Positions 9,988 through 20,905 of a DNA stretch of 59,585 bases are shown piece by piece. Positions within the stretch are counted from its first letter, which is position 1. Each line of letters starts with the position of its first letter. Both the position numbers and the translations under genes were made by a program. The DNA lies in IMG/VR virus record IMGVR_UViG_3300006226_001702, positions 139,064 to 198,648 of that record, one strand, 5' to 3'. The notes under the pieces are model-generated. The model worked only from the letters and a program-made list of their open reading frames with translations, was not told the origin of the DNA and did not search any database. The stretch is from a virus. Taxonomy: Duplodnaviria; Heunggongvirae; Uroviricota; Caudoviricetes.

Positions 9988-10281
9988 TCACTGAACACCT
10001 CCGAGAAAGAAAACGTTGGGCACTTTTGCTACTTTCGTATCAAAATAAGTGTTAACATTCTTTCCAAAGACGAGGTATTTCCCCTCATCATATAGTTTGT
10101 CAAGCACGAGTTCAGTCTGAGCTGCATTGAGCTTGAGCGTTTTTCGAACGATATTCCTAGCGTTGCAAATACCGATTATCTCACGATTTCCGACTGGGCA
10201 GTAGCCCTTCTCATTGGAAGCCCAAAGTGTGAATTCCACCCGGGGCTTGTGCTTGTTTACTGTTTGTACCCGCTTTCTCAT
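9988..10281 (-). CDS. hypothetical early protein
   Basis: AGGAGG SD before ATG 10281; early-type promoter motif upstream. Confidence 0.55.
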   Translation of the reverse strand: MRKRVQTVNKHKPRVEFTLWASNEKGYCPVGNREIIGICNARNIVRKTLKLNAAQTELVLDKLYDEGKYLVFGKNVNTYFDTKVAKVPNVFFLGGVQ

Positions 10282-10357
10282 TTGGTCCTCCTGGTAATAA
10301 TATATAAGATACTTAGAATTGATGTTCAAATATCTATTGAAATTCTAACTAATTTAT

Positions 10358-11284
10358 ATGAACGCTGAATTATATGAAAGGATGCAAGCCAGGGCCAGAG
10401 GTGAGACTCCAGAGATTGAACAATTAGAAGAAGGGGCTGTTGCCAGTTTTATTGGTAAACTAGCTCTTGGAGCAGCAAAAGGGATTGGCAAAAAAGTTAG
10501 TGGGGCTCTTGGTGGTAGTGGTGCTGGGCCTGAAACTAATAGCGAATTAGTAGATGACAAAGATGCTCATAATTACACTGACGTAAACTTAAGAGATGAT
10601 ATAAATTATACATTAGAGAAATTTTCATTAGTTGATTCTCCATATTCCACTAAAGTACAAAATATTCTAAAAATGTTGCTTACTACAAGTGATATAAGCG
10701 TTAATCAAATTGCTGAAGCTATTGCATTTGAAAACTTTTATTTTCAAGCCAGATTAAGAGAAGAATTGAATTTAGAAGATGAAGAAGATATTCCAGAAGA
10801 GAATGAAGATGAGAATGAAGAAACACCAAGAAGAACTTTAGGACAAAGATTTCAAGATGCTAGAGACAACATATCACAAGGAATTCAAAACGCATTACCA
10901 AAAATAGCAACAGGAGCTGCTGTAATTGGTGCTGCTGCTTTAGCAATTAAATTAGCACCATTCTTATTACCAAAGTTATTAGCATTAGGAATTACAGCAG
11001 TTAAAGCAAATTGGTTGATTAACTTAATTTCAGGATTTTTTGCTGGAGATAGTGAAGCTGGGAAAATGGATTCCGTTTGTTTAGCAAGAGTTATGGAATT
11101 TGATTTAAACACATTAAAAGAAAAAGCGGGATTTGCTAGTTCACCTTTTGGCGCAAAAGTTATTACATCTATTGACATGCTTCTTTCTAATGATGCAATG
11201 GAAGGGCTTGGTGAAGATGGGGAGAAAAAGGGTGGATTATTAAGTGGAATTGGAAACTTAATTAGTGGGGGCAGTAATAACTAA
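10358..11284 (+). CDS. putative virion/internal head protein
   Basis: First gene of + strand head operon; LxE sites; hydrophobic Ala/Leu segment. Confidence 0.5.
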   Translation: MNAELYERMQARARGETPEIEQLEEGAVASFIGKLALGAAKGIGKKVSGALGGSGAGPETNSELVDDKDAHNYTDVNLRDDINYTLEKFSLVDSPYSTKVQNILKMLLTTSDISVNQIAEAIAFENFYFQARLREELNLEDEEDIPEENEDENEETPRRTLGQRFQDARDNISQGIQNALPKIATGAAVIGAAALAIKLAPFLLPKLLALGITAVKANWLINLISGFFAGDSEAGKMDSVCLARVMEFDLNTLKEKAGFASSPFGAKVITSIDMLLSNDAMEGLGEDGEKKGGLLSGIGNLISGGSNN

Positions 11285-11329
11285 ATAATAACACACTCCA
11301 ACAAAGTGTTATATGTTTGAGGAGATTAA

Positions 11330-13510
11330 ATGGAAAGACTACGCGAGAATTATTCATTCGCACCATCATTTTATACTCGCCTAAATGAAAATCAATCTCA
11401 AAGATATCATTCACGTCTAACAGAGTCATTAAATAATTATGAAATTAAAGACGTTATTAAGTTAGCTGAAGCTTTAGGCGGAAAACTAACTGAGAAAAAA
11501 GATATTGAAATCTTTGAAAAGATACTAAAACATATTAAAGACAAATCTGACAAACAGTTCAAGATATGGAAGCTTCCAATTGGTCGTTATGGCAACATGA
11601 ATGGCAACAAGAGAATTTATCCATTGAAACTTTGGCAGAATGTTAGAGACAAGCAACAAAACACTTGGAAGGGTGTTTGTGGTTTATGTGACCATCCAGT
11701 TGCTGATAATGACCCAGGCGAGTTTAAGAATCAAGCTGTTATTTGGCATGATATTGATGTCCCAGAAGAAGGCGGACTCACATTTGGCTATGGTTCATTT
11801 GTTGGTCCATTTGGCCATTTAGCACAGGAAATTTTGGAACATGGTGGACGTGTTGGAACCTCGTCATCTGGCTTCGGAGATGTTGACCCAATCACAAAAA
11901 CTGTTGATCCAAACACTTACATAATTGAAAGATTAGCTGACTTAGTGTTGAACCCATCACAGGGAACATTTGGCACTTCAGACAATCCACATATCTCATC
12001 AGAATTCTTAAATGATATTCATGATGGAGCAACTATTGAGTTCAACAAACAGAAACCAACTGTTAGAGAACAACAATCACAAATTTTAGGACAAATAAAG
12101 GGTAAAGAAATGACAGGAGAAAACAATGTAGTTGATGCAGTTCAAATGCAACAACAGCAAAATCCAGTCGCTGCCCAAGGTGCAGACCCAAATGCGGCTG
12201 CCGGTCAAGCAGCGCAAGCGGGTGCAGCACAAGCACAACAAGGTGCACAACAACAATTACAACAATCAAAGGAAAAAGAAAGTTTACAGGAGAGAAAAAT
12301 GTCAGGAACTTTAACAAAAATAGAAGAAAAAGCATTTCGTAAATATGTGCAAACTTTTATTGAAGATGCTAATAAGATGGAAAACCCAATTCAGAGGTTA
12401 AATGAGTGCGTCGACATTCTCAACTGTTTTGAAGAAGGTAATTGCCCAGATCTAAAGGAATCTTTAGAACAGCAGCTAATTGAAGAAAAAGGAAAATTAG
12501 AGAAATTAGTTGAAACAGTAGTAACTACTGAGAAAGATTTCGGTATGCCGCTCGAAAAGTTTAGAGAGGCAGCTGAAGGCATAACAGCTCAAGGTATTTT
12601 GTTACAAGAACAAGTAACAGATTACAAAGAGCTCTGTGATGGTTTAGCAAAACGAAATGTCATTCTCAAAGAAAAGAATGACCAACTTGAGAAAATCATC
12701 AAGATGGATAGAAAACTTTCAGAGAAGAAAATCTTTGAAACTAACAAGGATGTCGTTAGCAAATCAACTGAACTTGAAAACTTACAAGAAGAAGTTGAAA
12801 AATTGACAACTAAAAACGAACATCTTGTTGAAAGAGTTAGTAAACTATCACTCAGCAACAAAAAGTTTGAAAAAGAAAATGATATGTTAACAGCCAAACT
12901 TAAAGAAGCCGGCAACATAATGAAAGAAGTTAAGAATCAGAATGCTCTTAAAGAACAAGCTGATAGTAAAACTGATAATGAAATGCTAAAACTTCATGAA
13001 AGAATTGCCCAACTTGAAGCAGAGAAAACAGAAGTTGAAAGCAACTATGCTGCACAATCTAGAAGATTCAACAAACTTCAAGAATCATTTGCTGCTTACA
13101 AAAAAGAAGTCAATGATACATACAATCCAGTTGCACACATGATGCCAAAAGCAAGTGAAAGAGTTGGAAAATATCTCAACTTAAGAGAAGGCAAAGGAAT
13201 TGAAATTGAAGCTTATTGGAATGACTTAGTTAAGAATTATGGTGAAAATGTAACTCCATTTGAAGATAAGATTCGTGGGGCCAAAACTTTAAAAGAAGCA
13301 ACATCAACATTCTTAAGATATAGAACACAAATTGACCCAGACTTCGGTGTTGGTCAACCACAAGAACATGCCTATGGAAGTAGAAACGATAGAGCAAGAT
13401 TATATGAACATCATGGCATCGTGAACCCAGTTGATTCTTATAACAACAGTTCAATTGAACAGAAAAACGAGGACTTCCTTAAGAAACTAAAAGAATCAGG
13501 TTTACAATAA
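11330..13510 (+). CDS. T4 gp21-like prohead protease fused to coiled-coil scaffold/core domain
   Basis: NGNKRIYP, CDHP, GTSSSGFG, DLVLNPS protease motifs; Q/A-rich linker; ~300-aa coiled coil. Confidence 0.8.
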   Translation: MERLRENYSFAPSFYTRLNENQSQRYHSRLTESLNNYEIKDVIKLAEALGGKLTEKKDIEIFEKILKHIKDKSDKQFKIWKLPIGRYGNMNGNKRIYPLKLWQNVRDKQQNTWKGVCGLCDHPVADNDPGEFKNQAVIWHDIDVPEEGGLTFGYGSFVGPFGHLAQEILEHGGRVGTSSSGFGDVDPITKTVDPNTYIIERLADLVLNPSQGTFGTSDNPHISSEFLNDIHDGATIEFNKQKPTVREQQSQILGQIKGKEMTGENNVVDAVQMQQQQNPVAAQGADPNAAAGQAAQAGAAQAQQGAQQQLQQSKEKESLQERKMSGTLTKIEEKAFRKYVQTFIEDANKMENPIQRLNECVDILNCFEEGNCPDLKESLEQQLIEEKGKLEKLVETVVTTEKDFGMPLEKFREAAEGITAQGILLQEQVTDYKELCDGLAKRNVILKEKNDQLEKIIKMDRKLSEKKIFETNKDVVSKSTELENLQEEVEKLTTKNEHLVERVSKLSLSNKKFEKENDMLTAKLKEAGNIMKEVKNQNALKEQADSKTDNEMLKLHERIAQLEAEKTEVESNYAAQSRRFNKLQESFAAYKKEVNDTYNPVAHMMPKASERVGKYLNLREGKGIEIEAYWNDLVKNYGENVTPFEDKIRGAKTLKEATSTFLRYRTQIDPDFGVGQPQEHAYGSRNDRARLYEHHGIVNPVDSYNNSSIEQKNEDFLKKLKESGLQ

Positions 13511-13523
13511 AAAGGAGCCAACA

Positions 13524-14327
13524 ATGAATAAATTGAATGAAGCTACAAATGTAGGTGGAGCAATAGACAAACTATATGCCAATATTGAAAAATCAATTAC
13601 TCAAATAATGAAGGCACAAGATGCAGTCCTAAGTGCAGCTACATCAATGGATGCAGTATTAGAATCAGCAAAATCAGTTGGCGGTAGTTTAGAAGGACAA
13701 ATCACAACACACATAATGAACCACATGAATCAGCTCACTAACAACATAGCAGAGAGCGAACTTGGTGGTATTATCGAAGGTGGTGGACAGGGTGCATTAA
13801 AGAGCTTATTAGAGTTGATTGAAAGCACACCAATTAGAGACGTAATGCAGCAAAGTGCAGCTAAGAACGTACAGAATGTTTCAAACATGCCAAACATGAA
13901 TCCAAACTTGTCAGGCGGACCTCAGAGTCAAATCTCTTCTTCATATGAAAAGGAAATGGCACAAACTGGTGAAGATTTAGAATCATTCTATCGACGCAAA
14001 TTACAAGAAGAAGCTGAAGGATTCCAATATGATGATAGAACATTGAACTTCAATGTGTTGCAAGAATCAAACATCTTCGGTACTCAATTTGAAACTGACA
14101 TGATGGAAGGCCTCAAAATGAAAACTGTCGCTCCAATAGCAACTAAGCAGGTACGAGAAAAGATGAGAGTTGCAGCTGATGATGATATGAGAGAGGATAT
14201 TGAAAGCTTACAAGAAAGCGGGCCTCTTGACTTCACTAAACTTAGACCAATTGGTGGTAAGGACGGAATGCCATTATCATTCAACAGTCTAAGAGAAGGC
14301 GCAAACTTAATGAGTGTTAGGAGCTAA
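13524..14327 (+). CDS. putative internal head/core protein
   Basis: Downstream of protease; LNE, LQE x3, LRE. Confidence 0.5.
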   Translation: MNKLNEATNVGGAIDKLYANIEKSITQIMKAQDAVLSAATSMDAVLESAKSVGGSLEGQITTHIMNHMNQLTNNIAESELGGIIEGGGQGALKSLLELIESTPIRDVMQQSAAKNVQNVSNMPNMNPNLSGGPQSQISSSYEKEMAQTGEDLESFYRRKLQEEAEGFQYDDRTLNFNVLQESNIFGTQFETDMMEGLKMKTVAPIATKQVREKMRVAADDDMREDIESLQESGPLDFTKLRPIGGKDGMPLSFNSLREGANLMSVRS

Positions 14328-14329
14328 AA

Positions 14330-14563
14330 GTGGGACTTCAAGAAAGTTTGAATAACATTGATGATAGAGTTGACGATATAAACAAGTTCTCAAGGGAATC
14401 AATTGATTTGCTTGAGTTATATATGGAAAAAATTGACAAAGAAGAAGTTGTTACACATGGAGAGCTTGCAAAATTGTACGCATTAGCACTTGATATTTCT
14501 AAGACTAATAAAACGATTAAAGAAGCAATTGCTAATAACTTTAATTATGTAATATTGAAATAG
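14330..14563 (+). CDS. small helical hypothetical protein
   Basis: Operon packing; LQES near N-terminus. Confidence 0.45.
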   Translation: MGLQESLNNIDDRVDDINKFSRESIDLLELYMEKIDKEEVVTHGELAKLYALALDISKTNKTIKEAIANNFNYVILK

Positions 14564-14572
14564 GAGAAAAGA

Positions 14573-15382
14573 ATGGAAAGTTTACAAGATAGAGTTAAAC
14601 GTTTAGAAATAGAAAAGGAACAACTTCAAGAAAAAAGTGAAGTTAAGACTTGGGCTGAGTTATATGAAGTCGCACGTCCAGCAATGGATAGTAAACTTTC
14701 ATTTAAAGAGTACAAAAAGTCAGCTCACCCAAGAACTTTTAGTGAAATGTTTGGTGAAAACTCACAGGACAGATTAAAAGAATCTGGCACATTTAATGAT
14801 ATTTATAAAGGACACTTAAGAGAAGATGTTGATGGCGTTTCACAAGAAGAAGCAGAGAATGAACAACTAACAGAAGGCAGAATGAAAGACATGCTCTTTG
14901 ATTATATTGAAAGTCATTTAGCTGATGATTTCTGTGAAAAAATTGGCTGTAACCCAGAAGATGTAGAAGATATGGATTATGGGGATATGGCTAGGGAATT
15001 AGGATTTGATGACGAATTTGAGTATGCTTCACATCATGTTTTGGAAGAATCAAGAAACAAATTTTCTGGTATGAAGAAACAATTAAACGAGAAAAAATTA
15101 AAAGAAATGGCAGCATCATCTGAATGGATGGATGATGAATATGAGGAAAATATAAATCAAAAATTACATAATGACATTGAGGATGTTTTAGGTAGTCATG
15201 GTATTGATATTGAACCTTATTTAAGAAAATGGGAAGCAGAGGGAGAAAAAGACGAAGCTGAACGATTTGTTAAATTTTTAACGAAAAAAACAGGCAAATT
15301 GGGAATTTATAAATATAAAAATCAGGAAAATTCTAGATTTGACCAGTTAGTAGATCTTTGTATGCAATTACTTGATGGCTAA
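14573..15382 (+). CDS. acidic putative internal head protein
   Basis: AGGAG SD; many LxE motifs. Confidence 0.5.
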   Translation: MESLQDRVKRLEIEKEQLQEKSEVKTWAELYEVARPAMDSKLSFKEYKKSAHPRTFSEMFGENSQDRLKESGTFNDIYKGHLREDVDGVSQEEAENEQLTEGRMKDMLFDYIESHLADDFCEKIGCNPEDVEDMDYGDMARELGFDDEFEYASHHVLEESRNKFSGMKKQLNEKKLKEMAASSEWMDDEYEENINQKLHNDIEDVLGSHGIDIEPYLRKWEAEGEKDEAERFVKFLTKKTGKLGIYKYKNQENSRFDQLVDLCMQLLDG

Positions 15383-15392
15383 AAATAAAGAA

Positions 15393-15884
15393 TTAAAAAG
15401 TTAGAGGCCCGTCATTTGTTGGCGGGCCTTCTGCGTCTAAGAAGAGATTATCATCAACTAATACGAGAGAAGTTTTCTTATCCTGTGCAACAATTTTAAT
15501 ATGCCATCTTCGTTCAGCAACAATTGCTTTGACTTCACAAGATAATACGTTAATGTCTGGCCATTTTTCATTTGATTCCCTAATCATTATATTACGAACC
15601 GTATCTTCATGTTCAGGCCCAAATGGAGTTCTATCATTAAGAGCACTATCAAATAATCCACCAAAGTTTGGGTTACGTACATAATCATAACGCCGTGACT
15701 GCAACCATAATCTATAGCCATTAAGAATAGCATAATCATTTCTACAGACTAACGAGCGTGTTTTAGTTGTCCAAGGATCAGATTTTGGGCGTTTAACATC
15801 ATAATCTAAGTCAACATACTTAATAGTATCATTTAATGTGTTATGTAATTTTTCTATATCTCTAACTAAAAGTGATTTTGCCAT
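15393..15884 (-). CDS. baseplate wedge protein, gp25-like
   Basis: AI.N..RLWL......Y.RNPNFGG...L pattern, size and context. Confidence 0.65.
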   Translation of the reverse strand: MAKSLLVRDIEKLHNTLNDTIKYVDLDYDVKRPKSDPWTTKTRSLVCRNDYAILNGYRLWLQSRRYDYVRNPNFGGLFDSALNDRTPFGPEHEDTVRNIMIRESNEKWPDINVLSCEVKAIVAERRWHIKIVAQDKKTSLVLVDDNLFLDAEGPPTNDGPLTF

Positions 15885-16729
15885 TATACAGCTCCCTCAG
15901 CAGGTTGATGCATTGTAGCAGAACGGGTTATTCTCACTCTTTCTAATAAAGTTTCAGATGGAGCACCACCCTCTTGAGCAAATCCCTCTGGGTCCCATAT
16001 TTCATTTCTTAACACAGATGCAGCTGGTGGTTCTTCACCCCAAATACTAGTGTTTCTACCCATACCAATTTTATCACTATAAGCCCATTGTAATAAACCA
16101 ACTTTATATTTTATTGATATCCATTGGTCATTTCCATCTTTATTATAATCAAATTCAATATCTGGAATTTTTGTTGGTACCATACCACCAATTTTAATTG
16201 CCATTATTGGCTGAATTGACGGAACTTCTATAATTGAATCAACATCATCATTTACATAATGATAACCAACTACAGTACATTGACGAAACTTACCATCAAC
16301 ACCACATCTTAAAACGTCAAATTGTCTGTTATACCAACGAGCAAACCAATCAAGATGATATTTTTTAACGGAATGATAGACATCTTCAAACCAATCTATT
16401 GTAACTTCATGAGAAAATTCAGCATCTTTAAATATTGGGGTTCTAAGTAATTTATTTTCATCTGTTTTTAATGTTGGAAGAGGAATAGTAATTTTTCTAA
16501 TTCTGTATGCAGCGTTATAGAATGGTTTAATTTGTCCACCACGAGGCCCCATTGCTTGCATAAAATTACCAACCCAAAATAAATTGAGAGATTGTGGCTC
16601 TAAATCATAAAGATAATCAATACCATCACTTTGAAAAGTATCAAGTGTTTCAATCATATTAGAGAAGTCAAGTTGTCCATCTGATTTTGGAGTTATGCCT
16701 TTTCCCCAATTTAAGTTATATATTCCCAT
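15884..16729 (-). CDS. tail tube/baseplate tube-fold protein (gp19/gp54-like)
   Basis: KITIP...EFSHEVTIDWFED...W, P..I..I.FDY pattern; next to gp25-like gene. Confidence 0.5.
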   Translation of the reverse strand: MGIYNLNWGKGITPKSDGQLDFSNMIETLDTFQSDGIDYLYDLEPQSLNLFWVGNFMQAMGPRGGQIKPFYNAAYRIRKITIPLPTLKTDENKLLRTPIFKDAEFSHEVTIDWFEDVYHSVKKYHLDWFARWYNRQFDVLRCGVDGKFRQCTVVGYHYVNDDVDSIIEVPSIQPIMAIKIGGMVPTKIPDIEFDYNKDGNDQWISIKYKVGLLQWAYSDKIGMGRNTSIWGEEPPAASVLRNEIWDPEGFAQEGGAPSETLLERVRITRSATMHQPAEGAV

Positions 16730-16734
16730 AATAT

Positions 16735-18453
16735 TTAGTCAATTTCCTTATAGTAATAATCCTGGTTAGATACATCACCAAAATGTCGTTTAAGATGATT
16801 TTCATCAATAAATCTAAGTTCAGTATCAACCAAATTCTCTTTGTTAAACTGTTCAGTCTGACCAGTTCCATGTCTAAATTGTCTATCAACTCTAATACAT
16901 CTTTTGAATATGAATGGAAAGCCCATTTCTTGAATTTCACCTTTTTCATTATTGAATTGTAAACCATCTTTTTGACCCAAGAACTTTAAGTCTTCAAACC
17001 ACCATAGTGGCATTTCTTCTGGTAATAATCCAGCATGACCAAACACTAAGTTATCAGTTGAACCATAACTACCAGTTCTACCTGTTCTCCATTGATTGCG
17101 GTACTTATCTAATAAGTCATTCTTCATTAGTTGTTGATGCTTAATGATTAAGTCAATGCGAATCTTTTTGGCAATGATGTATTCAGACACAATTCTGTTA
17201 GTTGTAAAAGGCGTGAATCCTTTTGGATGTCTGTTGTTAACTGATACTCCATCAAATACGACTCTGTTGTTGTTAGACAGCAAATTGAATATACCCATGA
17301 AATAGAGCGGCTCATCTAACAGCACCTTGAGTTCAGCTTTTCGTTCATACTTAACTTTAGTGCGAACTTTTTGAATCGTTTCAAATCCAAGTTTAACGTT
17401 GAACACATCAGACTCCATTTGGGGCACAGTAATTGATGCATTACGAACCATAAACACTGAATTAGTAACCATTGGCTCAATAGCACCCAAAAAGTCACTC
17501 TTGAAGAACAGTTCAAAAAAGTCCTCGTGTTCAGCTTCAGGCCCACCTGCACCAGCTTCTCTGTAACAGACTAGAATTGCGTCATACATGTGTTTGAGAA
17601 AATCTGCCCCTGAGTTCAAGATGTGTTGAATTGATGTTGCTCGCTTATTGTGTAACTGTTGAGTCAAATCTAGATTCAAATTCTCTGCTTCAACAAATTG
17701 TTCTACAACTTTATTTTTGCTATTATAACTATAAACATCGTCAACTGGTGGTAAAAAAGCTAATTGACGAGGTGGTCTTGAAGGACGAGGTGTTACTCTT
17801 AATGGGCCTTGCTTCGGTGACCCAGGTGGGCCCATCAATCCCCAAGGATCTCGCATAAACAATTCAGCCTCACCCCAGTCCATATCTCTAAAGTCCCAAC
17901 CAGATGTCATTTCCTCTTTGAGTTCATTCCACTTATCTATCGCTGGTCCAAATCCAAAGTAGCCGTCATTTAGTCGTTGATAAGATGGTAACTCTTCAAG
18001 TGATCTTCTCCAAGGTCCAAGCACCATTTCCCAGAAGGGGTTGAGCTCAACATTGAAGGTTGTCTTTTGAAACGTTTGTTGTACTGTTTCCCTGTGTAGT
18101 AAGTTTTCCATACGAGCGCCGCCAGCAACATAGACGCCATAGTTAAGAGTTGGCATAGCCGATTCATAGATGTTATCCTCTCCAATTTCAGATGCAAGTT
18201 TCTCAAAGAACTCAAGTGATTCAGTCATAATAGCATGACTATCTTTTATCGTATCTTCTGTGACATAATTATTGCCAATTCGTCTGTAGTCTATTTCGTT
18301 TAATCTTTCAGTATCATCAAAGTTTGTATCGTTATAAGGGGTATGTGGTTCTACAAATTGATAGTTAGCGTGCCTATTCAAATTGAAAGGTTGTGTTCTA
18401 ACATATGGAGACATTGGTACTGTAACTTTGATTGCTTCTTGTTGTACTATCAT
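16735..18453 (-). CDS. baseplate/tail-tube-fold structural protein
   Basis: C-terminal half aligns by eye with 18450..20093 (SITVP/TITIP ... KV ... LD). Confidence 0.45.
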   Translation of the reverse strand: MIVQQEAIKVTVPMSPYVRTQPFNLNRHANYQFVEPHTPYNDTNFDDTERLNEIDYRRIGNNYVTEDTIKDSHAIMTESLEFFEKLASEIGEDNIYESAMPTLNYGVYVAGGARMENLLHRETVQQTFQKTTFNVELNPFWEMVLGPWRRSLEELPSYQRLNDGYFGFGPAIDKWNELKEEMTSGWDFRDMDWGEAELFMRDPWGLMGPPGSPKQGPLRVTPRPSRPPRQLAFLPPVDDVYSYNSKNKVVEQFVEAENLNLDLTQQLHNKRATSIQHILNSGADFLKHMYDAILVCYREAGAGGPEAEHEDFFELFFKSDFLGAIEPMVTNSVFMVRNASITVPQMESDVFNVKLGFETIQKVRTKVKYERKAELKVLLDEPLYFMGIFNLLSNNNRVVFDGVSVNNRHPKGFTPFTTNRIVSEYIIAKKIRIDLIIKHQQLMKNDLLDKYRNQWRTGRTGSYGSTDNLVFGHAGLLPEEMPLWWFEDLKFLGQKDGLQFNNEKGEIQEMGFPFIFKRCIRVDRQFRHGTGQTEQFNKENLVDTELRFIDENHLKRHFGDVSNQDYYYKEID

Positions 18454-20093
18454 TTCGCTGGTACCCCGCTACTTAATGCACTAGCATGAACACTAACATT
18501 ATGCCAATCAAACATTGGAGCTTGAATTGGAATTTGAGGGATAATCATATCACCATTTCTATTCATAAAGTTGTTGGCTAATCGTTGAGTTGAATTGTTA
18601 GTTAAGCCCCAATTAGTCTCAGCATCAGCATCGGATCTCAAGAAACCATGATTGATTTGGTACTGTCTCTTAAAGATGAAGTTAACATTGATTGATTGTA
18701 AATCAGCTGATTTTCTATCATATTGGATTGCATCAGTTGTACCCAAGATGCGAATATCATCAAAGACAAAGTAAGGTAATGCTGGATGTTGATAGTTTGG
18801 GTTAACCCAATTTGATAAGTGTATCATTTTAACGATGAGTGATAATTTTGCGCTCTTTAATGGGTAACTTCCTGCGCCTTCTTTTGGCCAAGATTTTGCT
18901 AACGTCTTTAATATGACTCGCCAACTGTATAGCTTGTCAGCATTTGCATTTGATGAAGTCTTTTCTTTCCCCTTGAAGTAAGGATGTGATTTTTGATGTA
19001 ATGGAAAAGTTTCATCAATGCCATTCTTTCTGTTTGCTAGTTCATTAATCTTGTCTAGCCAAAAAAGATGTTGATCTAACCTAAGAGAAAATGTTGCTTT
19101 ATTCTCCATCTTTTTAGTTGATTTAACTTTGAGGATTTCCGTCTGTAAAAACGGAACTTTGAACTCTTCATTAGTAACTGGTGGAATTGTGATTGTTCCA
19201 AAACGAACAGCAAATCCATTGCGACTCAAGATGTACTTTTCATAGTCAGTTAGCCAAGAATCATCATTTCCCATATTGTCTAACATGCCATTGAAGTCAA
19301 ATGGGTTGCCACCTTCAAAATCCCAAACGAAAAATGCATCAAACTTGTGCTGCATAAAGTCAGGACCAATGGCATGAATGAGTTGAGTTACTGTCTTGCT
19401 TGATCTGTTTGGCCTATTTGGATGCGGGAGATTAGAAGCCGTTTCACTAGCACCTTCTCCTCTCATGTGGTTTGTGCCCATCATTCTATATGAATTGAAA
19501 TGTCTTTGTGCATTTTGTAAAAATTTTACCGTATTATAGAAGTCTTCCCATTTAGATTTGTCAGTTGGCCATAAACCAAACCTATCATTCTTATCAAGAG
19601 CTTCATCTTTGTAAAGGAATGCTAATGAAATTGGCAACATTGGATTTCTCATACCAGCCAACACATATTGTTCCCACAACTTTTCTAATGGGTCCTCTCC
19701 AGCTTTTCTCCATTGGGGATTAAAGATGCCTTCCATAACAGTTCGAAGAATATCCTCTCCAAACTTTTTGATTTCATCTTTAACACCACCCCAAAAATCT
19801 TTGAAGCTATCTTTTACGTTGTCCATAAATTGACCGGCTGATGGAAGAATTGAACCATCATCTCTTCCCCACCTGTCTAATGTGATTCCGTTGTTATTGC
19901 CATGAATGTCAATGGCTGGGCTAATGCGAACTGCTCGCCTATTACGAGGACGAATATGAATGGGGTCAAACAACTCACCCTTAGTCTCAAACTCTTCAAA
20001 ATCCAACTCATGATAATCTACCATGATTTGATTGCTTGAGATATTTGGGTTATTGTATGATTGCACAACTTTCGTAGTGTTCACTATTGCCAT
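18450..20093 (-). CDS. baseplate/tail-tube-fold structural protein
   Basis: Paralogous to 16735..18453; late-type motif directly upstream. Confidence 0.45.
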   Translation of the reverse strand: MAIVNTTKVVQSYNNPNISSNQIMVDYHELDFEEFETKGELFDPIHIRPRNRRAVRISPAIDIHGNNNGITLDRWGRDDGSILPSAGQFMDNVKDSFKDFWGGVKDEIKKFGEDILRTVMEGIFNPQWRKAGEDPLEKLWEQYVLAGMRNPMLPISLAFLYKDEALDKNDRFGLWPTDKSKWEDFYNTVKFLQNAQRHFNSYRMMGTNHMRGEGASETASNLPHPNRPNRSSKTVTQLIHAIGPDFMQHKFDAFFVWDFEGGNPFDFNGMLDNMGNDDSWLTDYEKYILSRNGFAVRFGTITIPPVTNEEFKVPFLQTEILKVKSTKKMENKATFSLRLDQHLFWLDKINELANRKNGIDETFPLHQKSHPYFKGKEKTSSNANADKLYSWRVILKTLAKSWPKEGAGSYPLKSAKLSLIVKMIHLSNWVNPNYQHPALPYFVFDDIRILGTTDAIQYDRKSADLQSINVNFIFKRQYQINHGFLRSDADAETNWGLTNNSTQRLANNFMNRNGDMIIPQIPIQAPMFDWHNVSVHASALSSGVPAK

Positions 20094-20113
20094 AATAGTT
20101 AGTAGAAAATGAA

Positions 20114-20905
20114 CTATCTCTGGAGACTTTCTAACAACCTATTATGTAACTCTAATTGGAATAATTGAACTAAATCGTACTCTTTTTTGTCAACAGTTAT
20201 GTGTTTCAAAAACATTGGTAGAATATGCTTATTCTTTGGCTTTCGTAATAGTATCTGCATATAAGTCAAAATCTTGAATTGTAGCTTTTCATCTTTGACT
20301 TCAGCATTGAACTCTCTAATTAGTGATGACATCGTATCCTTAAGAGATATCCTGTTGATAAAATCGCCGGGCTGTTCATAAGTTGTGTCATAAATAGATT
20401 GGAAGTTCATGCTCTTTTGCATGTCTTCAAGTTCTAAATTACTGTCACCTAATTGATTTGAAAGTGAATAAGTTTCTTCGTTCTTATCCTTTTTGTAGAT
20501 AGATTCCAACACTTTTGGATTGATCATACCAGCAAATGATGCACCAACTCTGTAACCTGGACGATTAATGTATTGGCTCATAAATGCTAATGCCGTTTGT
20601 GTTGACTTATCCTCGACTTCTTCTGGTTGCTTAAACTTATGTCCCTTAACTTTCTTGAGGATTAGCGACCTAGAATATCTTTGGACTAACACAAACATTT
20701 CTGACCATATTTTCTGCTGCTTAACTTTATTTTTCGTTTTGTAATATTGTTCCTGTAATGAAAACAATTGTTGTTCAATTTCTGGCTTTGAACTCAAGTC
20801 ACCGAACCATTGTACTCCTTCATCAGAGAAAACAACTGGGACTTTCACTTCGTTATAACTAACTGGCTCCATCATTCTCCTTTGGTGGTTTAACCCATTT
20901 CTCAC
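20114..20905 (-). CDS. hypothetical protein, possibly divergent phage sigma factor
   Basis: Helical, basic; EDKSTQTALAFM...ASFAGMI loosely resembles sigma region 2; weak. Confidence 0.3.
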   Translation of the reverse strand: MRNGLNHQRRMMEPVSYNEVKVPVVFSDEGVQWFGDLSSKPEIEQQLFSLQEQYYKTKNKVKQQKIWSEMFVLVQRYSRSLILKKVKGHKFKQPEEVEDKSTQTALAFMSQYINRPGYRVGASFAGMINPKVLESIYKKDKNEETYSLSNQLGDSNLELEDMQKSMNFQSIYDTTYEQPGDFINRISLKDTMSSLIREFNAEVKDEKLQFKILTYMQILLRKPKNKHILPMFLKHITVDKKEYDLVQLFQLELHNRLLESLQR

